From: Octopus bimaculoides
Lineage: Eukaryota
Direction: 5' to 3'
DNA: 33,498 nucleotides
Assembly: GCF_001194135.2 (NCBI RefSeq)
Contig: NC_068996.1
Span: 53,611,771 to 53,645,268 of the forward strand
In this document: positions 23,550 through 33,498 of the stretch, piece by piece
Layout: each line of letters opens with the position of its first letter
Numbering within the stretch: the stretch's first letter is position 1
Program-made: the position numbers and the translations under genes
Notes under the pieces: model-generated
The model's database searches: none
Told to the model about the DNA's origin: nothing
The model's input: only the letters and a program-made list of their open reading frames with translations

Positions 23550-24235
23550 TAAAAATCCAAATTTACAGGTAAAAACTCAATTAAATTCAATTTATTAAAA
23601 ATTAAAATTAAATTAANNNNNNNNNNNNNNNNNNNNNNNNNNNNNNNNNNNNNNNNNNNNNNNNNNNNNNNNNNNNNNNNNNNNNNNNNNNNNNNNNNNN
23701 NNNNNNNNNNNNNNNNNNNNNNNNNNNNNNNNNNNNNNNNNNNNNNNNNNNNNNNNNNNNNNNNNNNNNNNNNNNNNNNNNNNNNNNNNNNNNNNNNNNN
23801 NNNNNNNNNNNNNNNNNNNNNNNNNNNNNNNNNNNNNNNNNNNNNNNNNNNNNNNNNNNNNNNNNNNNNNNNNNNNNNNNNNNNNNNNNNNNNNNNNNNN
23901 NNNNNNNNNNNNNNNNNNNNNNNNNNNNNNNNNNNNNNNNNNNNNNNNNNNNNNNNNNNNNNNNNNNNNNNNNNNNNNNNNNNNNNNNNNNNNNNNNNNN
24001 NNNNNNNNNNNNNNNNNNNNNNNNNNNNNNNNNNNNNNNNNNNATATATATATAGATTAATGGTACAACAAGACACCAATATTTACTGGAAATAGCAGTC
24101 AATACAGTTACGACGCTATAGTAAAGCTTCAATATGTATATTACTATCAAAAACGTGTGAGGGCAGCAAACATAAAATTTTTTGTCTTACTTCTAAGAAG
24201 AGCATTATATAAATGGACAACCCAGAATCGGATAA

Positions 24236-24306
24236 TCCAGTACCTAGGTTTCGGACTCTTCAAATACGTTTGTCATCGTAAATCTGATTAGTCTTCATCA
24301 GCTGCA
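24236..24306 (-). ncRNA. Type I hammerhead ribozyme-like motif with palindromic stem III (Penelope-like-element type)
   Basis: Minus strand UGCAG CUGAUGA A GACU (32 nt) AGUC C GAAA CCUAGG UA CUGGA. The core boxes are intact, the cleavage triplet is GUA and stem I pairs 4 of 5. Position 10.1-11.1 is A-C rather than G-C. Confidence 0.65.
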
Positions 24307-24464
24307 TTTACCTCGACAACATTCCAAATGTTGCCACATCAATGCCAAGTATACTCGCCCGAACGCTTAGTCGTTAACAGATCGAGGACAGTGAAAAAAT
24401 TTTCAATGAAAAATAAAACATTGCAATACAAATGTGTATACACACACACACGCATATATATATA

Positions 24465-24675
24465 TATACCACGAGCTTCTTTCAGTTTCCGTCTACCAAA
24501 TCTACTCACAAAGCTTTGGTCAGCCTGAGGCTAGAATGTTCAAGGTGCCACGCAATGAGGCTGAACCCGGAACCATGTGGTTGGGAAGCAAGCCTCTTAC
24601 CACACAGCTACGTCTGCGCCCACGCCACGCAGCCACGCCCGCGTCTATGCCGCACAGCCACGCCTGCGCCTATGC
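24465..24675 (-). mobile_element. SINE family B, 5' half with triplicated head
   Basis: Body matches 2290-2436; three related units of about 20-25 bp lie at 24601-24675. Confidence 0.87.
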
Positions 24676-25117
24676 ATAAAAATGTACCGATAATTTGTGT
24701 GACAGATTATTTTTCTGTCACTCATGGTCCACACCATTTTTTTTATGTGATTAGAAAGGAACATGTGGTACCCAGATTCGCGAGAATGAATGTATTAAAG
24801 GGTTATACACTGTGGTAGTTTTTCAGTATTAAAAGTTCTTTTTGCAAAATATTTGTAAGAAACATGATCCTCCCAAGGAAAGGAATTAATTTATTGAAAT
24901 ATTGAGTATCATCTATGGGTGACGAGAACTGTATAAAATTGGGCTTAACAAATTTCTTGTACAAAATTCCAATTGTGGTTTCGAGTTTGTGTATATCATA
25001 CGTACTGGAACGACATTTACGTGAGGGGTGAAAAGCCAGGTCGATTTTTTTCAATCTTAATATCAAAACAAAATAGATATAATAATTATAACTATTATTA
25101 TATCTGTACATAACATA

Positions 25118-25290
25118 GCGATCTAACAGAATCGTTAGCGCACCACGAAAAATGCTTAGCGGCATTTCGTCCGTCTTTAAGTTCAAATTGCTCCGAGGTT
25201 GACTTCGCTTTTCATTCTTGCAGGGTCGATAAAATAAGTACTACTTGAGCAGTGTAATTGACTCCAACTCTTGAACTTAGTGGCTTATTT
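25118..25290 (+). mobile_element. SINE family A, diverged
   Basis: cagaatcgttagcg-aaatgcttagcggcatttcgtccgtc-agttcaaatt-gggtcgataaaataagtac. Confidence 0.82.
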
Positions 25291-25711
25291 GCGCATTGTG
25301 CAACCATTCATCAACATCCGTATTTCAGTTGTAGTTATTGGTTTTTCTCAGAACCTCGCATCTTCTGACGAGAGCTGAGGTAGGCTGTAAAATTAGGTAC
25401 TGAAGTCCGATCCATCACCCGTCCCGATCATTCGAGCGAAGTGTTGCTGGAAATCTGCACACATCCATTCGGAACAGAATAGCATGCGCCGTTCTGATCC
25501 GTCATAAACTTGACTGTGATTTTGTAACCGCGTCACGCCTCCGCCACTTGGGCCAATCGGACAAATTTTGTCCTCTCATGTTATAGTGCAGGAGCCCAGC
25601 TCTGACAACGCAGCCATCATGTCCACGTTGAAAATAGTGAGGGCCAGTCTTACCGCTAGTACATCAATCGCAATGTCTTTATTAATCAACTCGCCAATAT
25701 TGCTAACTAGC

Positions 25712-25913
25712 AAGGTGGCGAACTGGCAGAAAAGTTAATACGCCGGCCGAAATGCTTAGCGGTATTTCATCTGTCTTTCAAATTCTGCCAAGGTCGACTT
25801 TGCCTTTCATCCTCTCGGGGTCGATAAATTAAGTACCAGTTGTGTACTGGGGTCGATCTAATCGACTGGTCCCCTCCCCGAAAATTTCAGGCCTTGTGCC
25901 TAGAGCAGAAAAG
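25712..25913 (+). mobile_element. Full-length SINE family A with a 16-bp target-site duplication
   Basis: aatattgctaactagc occurs exactly at 25696-25711 and 25914-25929. Confidence 0.95.
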
Positions 25914-26720
25914 AATATTGCTAACTAGCGTACCCTTTCCCCATTTTCTCAATTTATTCCTTTCTACCGCTAGATCTTTAATATAATCTATCGAATGTGT
26001 TCTTATCGCCCTGTTCATCTTGTTCCACCACTAGCTGTTGACATTGCCCCTATCAATTGCTACTTAACTTAATTCCCTAATTCGGTTCCTGTAGTTTCTA
26101 GTAATCAAGCCCTTGTCTATTCAACAAAGTATAGTCAAGTTCTCAAATTGTGGGTAAGGATTGTCTAAAGTAGCTCAGAAGCATCTCCATACAAAGCCTC
26201 TGATTACTCACCCACTGCCAAGACATCAAAACTGCTCTCATTCAGTTTCTTGTTTCCTAATTAGAAAAGCATATTCAGAGCAGGCCCGTTCGACTTCACC
26301 AATTTTACTGCTCTCATATTCCTTTAGTCGTTCTACCTATACAGGGTCGACTGTAAAATAACCCGAATTCCTGGGTACCTCATCACAAAGATACGAATTC
26401 ACCCATATCAACTTGTTCCAGCGATGAATTTCATTTACAAGGCTGGCATTTGTTTCATCGTAAAAAAAATGATGTACTTCTCTTTTTCCTTTCTTTCCTC
26501 ACAGAGCAGGGATTGGAAAATTTGGGGCTCCTGTGTGCATGTGCTCATTTTTTCCATGACGGATGGGGAAGGAAGAGGATTGGTGCCTGCAGGGGAAGGG
26601 TTGGGCAGAGTGGGCTTGGGTGGGAGTAGGGGGCGTGAGATGGGGCTCATCACTCACAGGCTGTGTCTTTCTTCTCTTTCTCCTTTTTTCCACTTTTTCC
26701 TATCCGTCGTCTTCTTTGTT

Positions 26721-27497
26721 CTAGCCTACCTCTGCTTCCACACTGGTTACTGCTGGAGGCGGAGGTGCGGCTCCCTTCCTGCTCACCGGCTTGGCTTGTA
26801 TCTCTGCGGGTGGTGGAGGACAGTCTACCCTAATGTGACCCTTTTGGCCACATTTGTAGCACCAAGGGATCCTGCCCTCCACGCTAACCCTCAGTATTAT
26901 GTCTTCAACCGTTATGGTTTCTATCATTTTTTGTAGGTCTTTCGGGGCGGCCTGGATCATCATATCGAGACCCTGCCACTGCCAATTCTTGTGGGCTGTA
27001 CATGTGGCTTGGATGACCACCACTTTCTCCTCCAAGCCCAGCAGGATAGCGTCCACTAGCCAGACTACGTCTATTTCTGGGGGTATGTCATCTACCCTTA
27101 CCCTGGAAGCTCGTCTTCTAAGGTATATGCGTAGAAGCACTACCTCCTCCGTTTTTAAAGGAGTTGCCGAGTGTAGCCTGGCGGTCGCTGGATCTCGGAA
27201 CCGTACCTCCGCAGCTCCAAACTCTCGACCTCTGTTGAGGTGCACAATCTCTCTCCATATTTGTTTTAAAGTCTTTTCAATCTGTGCAACCGTCATTACC
27301 TCAATTTTCCTGTTTTTTCTTCTTTTTACCGAAAATATTCTATAAACAATTATTTTTTCCTTTTCAACCTGTATCGCTTCTTGGGGAAGGGACACCTTTA
27401 CATTGTGTCCGTCCCTTCTTAGTATCTCCTTATATTTATCAAGTCTGTTCAATTTAATTTCTGGCCACCGTCGCGAAATCCATCTTCTTATCTGCAT
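26721..27497 (-). pseudogene. LINE ORF1 (gag-like, putative RRM region plus CCHC zinc knuckle)
   Basis: 258-aa open stretch with AEVRF, RVRVDDIPPEIDVVWL and CYKCGQKGHIRVDC (C-x2-C-x4-H-x4-C, 26820-26861). Frameshifted at both ends. Confidence 0.8.
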
Positions 27498-27939
27498 TGT
27501 CCAGGGCTTTTATCAATTCCTCCTCCGAAGGAGTGAATTTTCAGCAGTTTAAGTTCTCATAATTCATCATTTTTCTTTTCCAGCAGCACTGCCCACTTCA
27601 AATAAGGGTAACAGCGTTAACAAAACTGCAGAAAAAGCAAATGTCTCACGACACAACAATTAACAAAAGGCAATCCCAAAGGGGAAAAAACTACAGCAAG
27701 CAATAAAAGTAGTTACTCAACTTCGCAGCCGAAATAACGCAAACGTACAATTCCAGATGGTTTTCACAACGGTGAAAAAGTATCAATGTTAATGTATTGA
27801 TACATTTGGGCAAGTCTATGTCTGTTAAAAAAAATTCAAAACTCTGCAAAAATCCGGTACAAATTCTTCATGGTTCAAAACCTTGCTTACTTTTTACTCA
27901 GCCTGATAGATGCCAAACTTTCCCACCTCAAATTAAGTT

Positions 27940-29095
27940 TGACCCATGAAGACGAGCTGCCGAAAGATATCTATACTAGCTCACCTTCATTTTAGCCGTC
28001 ATTCACAGGTGCATTAGCCATATTGAGTGCCTGTGCGACGGAGAGGGTGTTGACAACACCGGCGGAACTTACTCATTCCATAAGAAACGGTAAAGCAAGC
28101 GCTGCTTCAGTTTGGTCAGATGTTTGGTTATTGATTTTAGCCACTTTAGCCCGACCTTTTATGACAAATTCTCTCGGTACATTTTTGGAAGCCACCTCTT
28201 CCCAGTTCTTATTCACTTAGCGATCCGGTCCGAATCAAGTTCCGAGCAACATAACCAGACTTTCGTTCTAGCAACAAAAATCACTGTTGGTCGGCATGAA
28301 CTTACTTCTTCTCGAGCCGAGTTGCAAACCCACCGAATTGTTCCGATTGAGTGCTCCCTGGTTTACTTCTAGTATGATGTCGACCACTTCCGTCTCTGAA
28401 CAGAAGAGATCGACAGGAACCATAACAGCGATGTCATACGAATGGGATGCTCTTCAAAGACTCCATGCCCTCCAGAAGTGGTTCCAGTCAAAAAAAAAAA
28501 NNNNNNNNNNAAATAAGAAAGAGAGAAGAGGAGGGACATCCTTATCGTACCAAGTTCGAAACTGAATGGTTCTGTGCGGTGGCCGTTTAGTTTTACCACC
28601 GAACAGATGTAGCGATCCACCTGAAACTGACTGCTCTTAGAAAAACCACTAGGTAGCAATGGTCAATCCTACTAAAAACTTACATTGATCTAAACTGACC
28701 AGCACCAAAGCCATATTTATTCCCAATCGTTTCTACGATGTATCTCATGATGCAGAGATTGTCGTGGATCGACCAGTCGGGGATGACACAAGTTTGTATG
28801 TCTTCGACTACACTATCGACAAATGCCAGCCTCTTAGGAAGCAGCCTTCTCCAAATATTTAATTCTGTATTGAGCTGAATTATAGCTTTTGAAATCTTTT
28901 ATCACATTCACCTAATTCGGGTCTTTCCTCATTAGCGTTACCATTCCCCAACTAACTCAACTAGAAATGTTTCCAGTCTGTTGTCAGCTGTAGAAGACAG
29001 CTGCCAAGATTGGAGCGAACAAGTATGGTGCATAGAAACAGAGATCATAGTAGACAGTCCAACCTTGACGGTCTGCTTTGTACAACAGCTCAGTT
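27940..29095 (-). mobile_element. Decayed L1/Tx1-like ORF2 reverse transcriptase fragment (copy E)
   Basis: Across frameshifts: LFAPILAAVF, VTLMRKDPN, LNTELNI, KRLAFVDSVVEDIQTCVIPDWSIHDNLCIMRYIVE, LDQCKF-RIDH, VKLNGHRTEPF, SYDIAVMV (decayed YADD), GALNRNNSVGLQLG, KNWEEVASK, KGRAKVAK. Not captured by the ORF track. Confidence 0.82.
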
Positions 29096-29830
29096 TTTTT
29101 GTTTTTGTTTTATATTTACTATATAAATTTTAACCAAAACATTATGTAGATGATGCATAAAACAAAAAATTATTTGCAATAAACAACTTTAAATTAAAAA
29201 GAAAGGTGGGCGGGGGAAGAAGTTTCTGTTTTAGATATTGCATTTCCAAAAGTTGATAAAACATTCTTAAGAATAACAACTTCGCGGTGTCCCAAATTTA
29301 GGACATAGTTAAAAAGAAAAAAAAAAGGGCTTTTTGTTAAAAAAAAGAAAAAGAAAATGTTGTTACAGTCTTATAATAAACTTTTGGTTGCATGATAATC
29401 AATTTCGAAATCTATGTTTATAGGTAGAATGTAGTTAATATAATAAAAAAAAAAAAAATTTTTTTTTAACACAATTTGAGAAAGATGAGAAACTGTTTCA
29501 TCGTGACTGCAACATACATTAAAAGTCTAAGATATTTTATTCAACTTTGATGTTTAAATTGAAGGACTAGCGAAATTACATTTAAAATTTTTCTCCGGGG
29601 AAAAACGACCGCAAAAAAAAAAAGAATTAAAAATGGATTAGCTACTTAGGAATTTATGAGGTTTGTGGTTTTATATTCAAAAGAAGTCTGTTGAAGAGAA
29701 AGTTATCAAAATTTTACTCAAGAAAATATGTATTTCTTAATAAACCTTTCTCTGCAGAATTACATTTTCTTTTAAGCTCCTTAATTTTGATATAAAATTC
29801 AGTTTTGAGATTTCTTGAAAAATATCATAA

Positions 29831-30841
29831 GGATATTTTCCCTTTGAACGGCACATCGAGAAATTAATTTTTTGTAACTAAACACTTTCAAACTTCGGAC
29901 ACGGGTAGAATGTGTCATATAAAACATCTTTTACTCTTAGTGTTATTGAGAAGAGTTTATATTTTTAAAGTTATTTCGTGTTAAAGTTGTCGTATTTCGG
30001 TAATTTCAACTAATCAATGACGTGTATTCAGCTGAATAAAATTACTGCCGTTGTTTGTCAACAGCAACTATCGGCGGTGTATATTTCATTTGTCACTGTT
30101 ATTTATGACATCGTTCGTGCGTTTGTACTGGTTTCAGCTTTAGGATTTTAGGGTTAAGGTTAAGGTTCGGGTTTTAGAGTTAGGGTTAGGGTTAGGGTTT
30201 TAGGGTTAGGTTAAGGTTTTAGGGTTAGGTTAGAGTTAGGGTTAGAGTTTTAGGATTAGGATTTTAGAGTTAGGGTTAGGGGTTTAGGGTTAGGGTTGGG
30301 GTTTTAGGGTTAGGGTTAAGGTTTTAGGGTTAGGATTGGGGTTTAGGGTTAGGGTTAGGGTTGGGATTTTAGGGTTAGAGTTACGGAAAAATGTGAAAAA
30401 TGAAGAAATTGGAGGGGGAGGGGTAAAAATGTCTTTCCGAAAATAGTAGCTGAAAAACAGGGAAAAAAAACTAAAATCAGTAGAAATGCACGAACGACTG
30501 TGCCATGGAGTAAGCATGCTTCAGATGCACTCGTTTATTCATACGAACATAACTGAGATGAAATATGTCATAAATAACAGTGACAAACGAAATATACACC
30601 GCCGAAGTTATTGTTGACAAACAACAGCAGTAATTTTATTCAGCTGAATACACGTCATTGATTGGTTGAAATTACCGAAATACAACTTTAACACGAAATA
30701 ACTTTGAAAATATAAACTTTTCTCAACAGCACTAAGAGTAAAAGATGTTTTATGTGACACATTCTACCAGTGTCCGAAGTTTGAAAGTGTTCAGTTACAA
30801 AAAATTAATTTCTCGATCTGCCGTTCAAAGGGTAAAGATCC
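29831..30841. mobile_element. Non-autonomous long-TIR DNA transposon (Mutator/foldback-like) with a 9-bp TSD and internal telomere-like array
   Basis: Arms 29831 to about 30140 and about 30468-30841 are reverse complements (roughly 90 percent by eye; the right arm has an extra block of about 70 nt). Termini are GGAT and ATCC. ATATCATAA occurs exactly at 29822-29830 and 30842-30850. Confidence 0.85.
30140..30385 (+). repeat. Degenerate (TTAGGG)n interstitial telomere-like array
   Basis: TTAGGG units mixed with TTTTAGGG, TTAAGG, TTAGAG, TTAGGA and TTGGGG. Confidence 0.93.
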
Positions 30842-30953
30842 ATATCATAATATAGCATTTTATTTCATTATTTCGAAATTTATTTTAAATAAAACCGGCA
30901 GAATTGTAAGAGAAATTTTAATAACATACACATCGATTTTCAAATAGGGTAAA

Positions 30954-31170
30954 TATTGGTTTCAAATTTTCACACAAGGCCAGCAATATCGGGGGAGAGG
31001 TAAATGGATTACATAAGCCTTAGTGCTCAAACGGTACTTATTTTATCGATCCTGAAAGGATTAAAGGCAAGGTTAACCTCGGCGGAATTTGAACTCAGAA
31101 CGTAAAGACGAGCGAAATACCGCTAAGCATTTTGCCAGGCGTGCTTACGATTCTGCCAGCTCGCCGTTTT
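30954..31170 (-). mobile_element. SINE family A, full length, antisense
   Basis: Reverse complement acggcgagctggcagaatcgtaagcacgcc-gttctgagttcaaattccgccgagg-ggccttgtgtgaaaatttgaaacc. Confidence 0.9.
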
Positions 31171-31470
31171 AAAAGGGGTCAGATATTAATAAATGAAACA
31201 TTTTCAAACGAAATCCCGTTATCAGCTACAGGGCTATATCTGTAACTTACGATCAAGACATGGGAGTCTGAACGTAATCGCTGGACAAACTACAATCAGC
31301 AGTCAAATCATCCTCAAGTAACACTCAACTATCTTGAAAAAGGAAGGACACACTGAAGAGTGTAGTTCTAGACCTACGTAAAGATGGGGTGGTCATGTCT
31401 GAAAGTATTTTATAATTAATCTGCCTACTCAGCCAGAATTGATCACGTGGTAATTGGACATGTCTTTTAT

Positions 31471-31848
31471 GTTTTACTTGTTTCAGTCTTTGGACAGCGG
31501 CCATGCTGGGGCACCGACTTGAAGAATTTTAGCCGAACGAATTGACCACAAAACTTAATTTCTTTTAAAGCCTGGTACTTATTCTATCGGTTCTTTTGCC
31601 GAACCGCTGTTACGGGGACGTAAACACATCAGCACTGGTTGTCTAAGCGGTGATGGGGGACAAACAGACAAAGACACATACACACATACACGTTGGGTTT
31701 CTTTCAGTTTCCGTCTACCAAATCTACTCACAACGCTTTGATCGAACCAAGGCTATAATAGAAAACACTTGCCTAAGGTACCACGCTGTGGGACCGAACG
31801 CAGAACCACATGGCTGGAAAGCAAACCTCTTACTAAACAGCTACGTCT
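31471..31848 (-). mobile_element. SINE family B, antisense
   Basis: Collinear with the reverse complement of 19203-19592. Confidence 0.87.
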
Positions 31849-33498
31849 AGATAACCCCTAAAAAGAAAAGGTGATCACCTCTGCAATGTATTTGATCATA
31901 AGACTGTTTGCTCAAGGTTCAAACGGGGTTAAACAATAACCAAACGAGGGAGTCTTGCAAGAAATATTATCAAAATTTCCTCAAATCAAACCTGATTACC
32001 TTTAAAAATAAAATTAGATAGTCTCAGATATCTCTAAAAGACATAATAATCATATCTGGAACGTTTTGATCACACAGGCTTTCTCGGTCAGCACTGACTT
32101 TGAACTAGTACATATCAGTCAAAAAAGATAACATGAAATGATATGTTTTGTCTAAAAACGGAAATAAAGGACACATTCTTTGTAATGCGATGTAACAATA
32201 AAGTTCAAGACGTTTTCTCTAATATAATCACTTTCTGCTCAAAATATGTTAAAATAATATTTAATGCAATTCGTAGGAAGTATTTTTCTGATTTAAAGTT
32301 AAAAGTTAAAAAAAAACAACAACGCTGAATGTAAAATTGCAGATAACTATTTTGCTAACTATAATCACTATTACAATCTTTCCTCTCAGCTGCTTGTTCA
32401 TACAAAATATTTATTCCACAATGTTTATGGAGGAATACGTTACATCAGATTGAAGTGACTATTAGTCTTAGGCAGTGTAGCATATAAAGTTTTAAGTAGT
32501 GTTGCTTGTTTATAATTTCCAGCTTCAGTAGATTTTTAAGAATAAACAAGAAATATACTTTTGAAAGAGACGTGTTTGGTGAGAAAAAAGCAGCTTTAAA
32601 TTTTAGACGAAGTTGGGTTGAATTTTACTAAAGTATCTCTCTGAGGTGGGCCGAAATGATTATAAGATTTATGTAATGCTAAATTTTAATACTATACAAT
32701 TGCTGTTTTTATGAATGGCAACATGTAACAATTGGATTGAATCTTAAGACATTTGGAATTTTATATGCAAAAACGATGATATCAATAAGATGGTTGGAAT
32801 TTATGTTAATCAATGAAAATCAATTCGTAATTATAAACATATTCAAACGACTAAAAATCAAAGCATCACATACAATACACATGCACACTCGGATGCATTA
32901 TCACTTGTATTCTAACTTATTTGTTTACAGAAAAAATACACTTTTGGCCTTATATACAAAACCATAGATTGGTGCATGACAAATGTGTAACCCTTTTTTC
33001 TTTTTGCTAAATTTTGAATAACTTCATGTAAAACGTAGAGAAAAAGATGTCACGAAGTTGTCTTAGAAAAATAAATAAATTTCAAATAAAAACAAAAACA
33101 AAAATAGTCCCTCCTTGGTATAGAGTATAGATTCCCAGGGTATCAAATTGCTTAAAAGAAAATAGGTTTCATTATGTTTCGTGTCGAGAGGGGATGTAGA
33201 TAGCAGCTGCTGAAAAGTGTCTTCGCAGCAACTTCTTTTCCCTAAATTATTTTATACAATGTTTTAATGTGAGCGTCGTGGGGTGTTTTAAAAAGGCAAT
33301 TTTCTTGGCCTTTTTTTCACAAACAATTTATGCAACACAGTCACAGAAGTATGTCGACAACATAGTTTTGCAACGCTTCTTTGATTATTTGTAATTTACT
33401 TTGATCTTAAGGATAGGATAACAAAAGAAAAGCGAAGTAAAAATACACGAACCGAAAACAAGCACATTCGATAAATATATATACATACATATATATAT

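Larger units (their letters stand above)
25310..27780 (-). mobile_element. Decayed L1/Tx1-like LINE (copy C): 5' region, ORF1, endonuclease largely missing, ORF2 linker region
   Basis: ORF1 is homologous to copy A. The reverse complements of 26130-25930 and 25695-25310 align with 8480-9020, e.g. gctgcgttgtcagagct versus ggtgcgttgtcagagct and tgacggatcagaacg versus tgacggatcaggacg. Confidence 0.82.

Noticed and set aside
8846-24150. Long ORF calls filled with X (8846-10145, 12704-13696, 17520-18099, 21431-22159, 23531-24150)
   Set aside because: Artefacts of translating through N gaps.
28060-28690. Host exons suggested by GTAAGT donors on the minus strand
   Set aside because: The region is explained by decayed LINE reverse transcriptase, and the implied exons contain stops.
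30140-30385. True telomere or chromosome fusion scar
   Set aside because: The array is short, degenerate, in a single orientation and enclosed by TIRs with a TSD.
29836-30836. piggyBac assignment for the TIR element (CCC-GGG inner ends)
   Set aside because: The flanks are TTTT and TAAA rather than TTAA, the inverted repeat continues 9 bp further out, and an exact 9-bp TSD lies beyond it.

Overview
Eukaryotic, repeat-saturated draft-scaffold sequence with several N gaps. It is most likely coleoid cephalopod (Octopus-like); this is an inference from the SINE families and very high microsatellite density. No intact host gene, rRNA, true tRNA or CRISPR array is supported. The window holds five decayed fragments of one L1/Tx1-like LINE family (about 11 kb), two fragments of restriction-like-endonuclease (R4/Dong-type) retrotransposons, and a 5'-truncated RTE-type LINE end with three open C2H2 zinc fingers. 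It also holds at least four tRNA-derived SINE families and many microsatellites. Three items stand out: (1) a 1011-bp Mutator/foldback-like element with about 300-bp TIRs and an exact 9-bp target-site duplication enclosing a degenerate (TTAGGG)n array; (2) a type I hammerhead-ribozyme motif with a palindromic stem III on the minus strand at 24236-24306; (3) a near-perfect 160-bp inverted repeat at 22664-23213. All alignments and translations were done by eye, so boundaries are approximate unless stated as exact.
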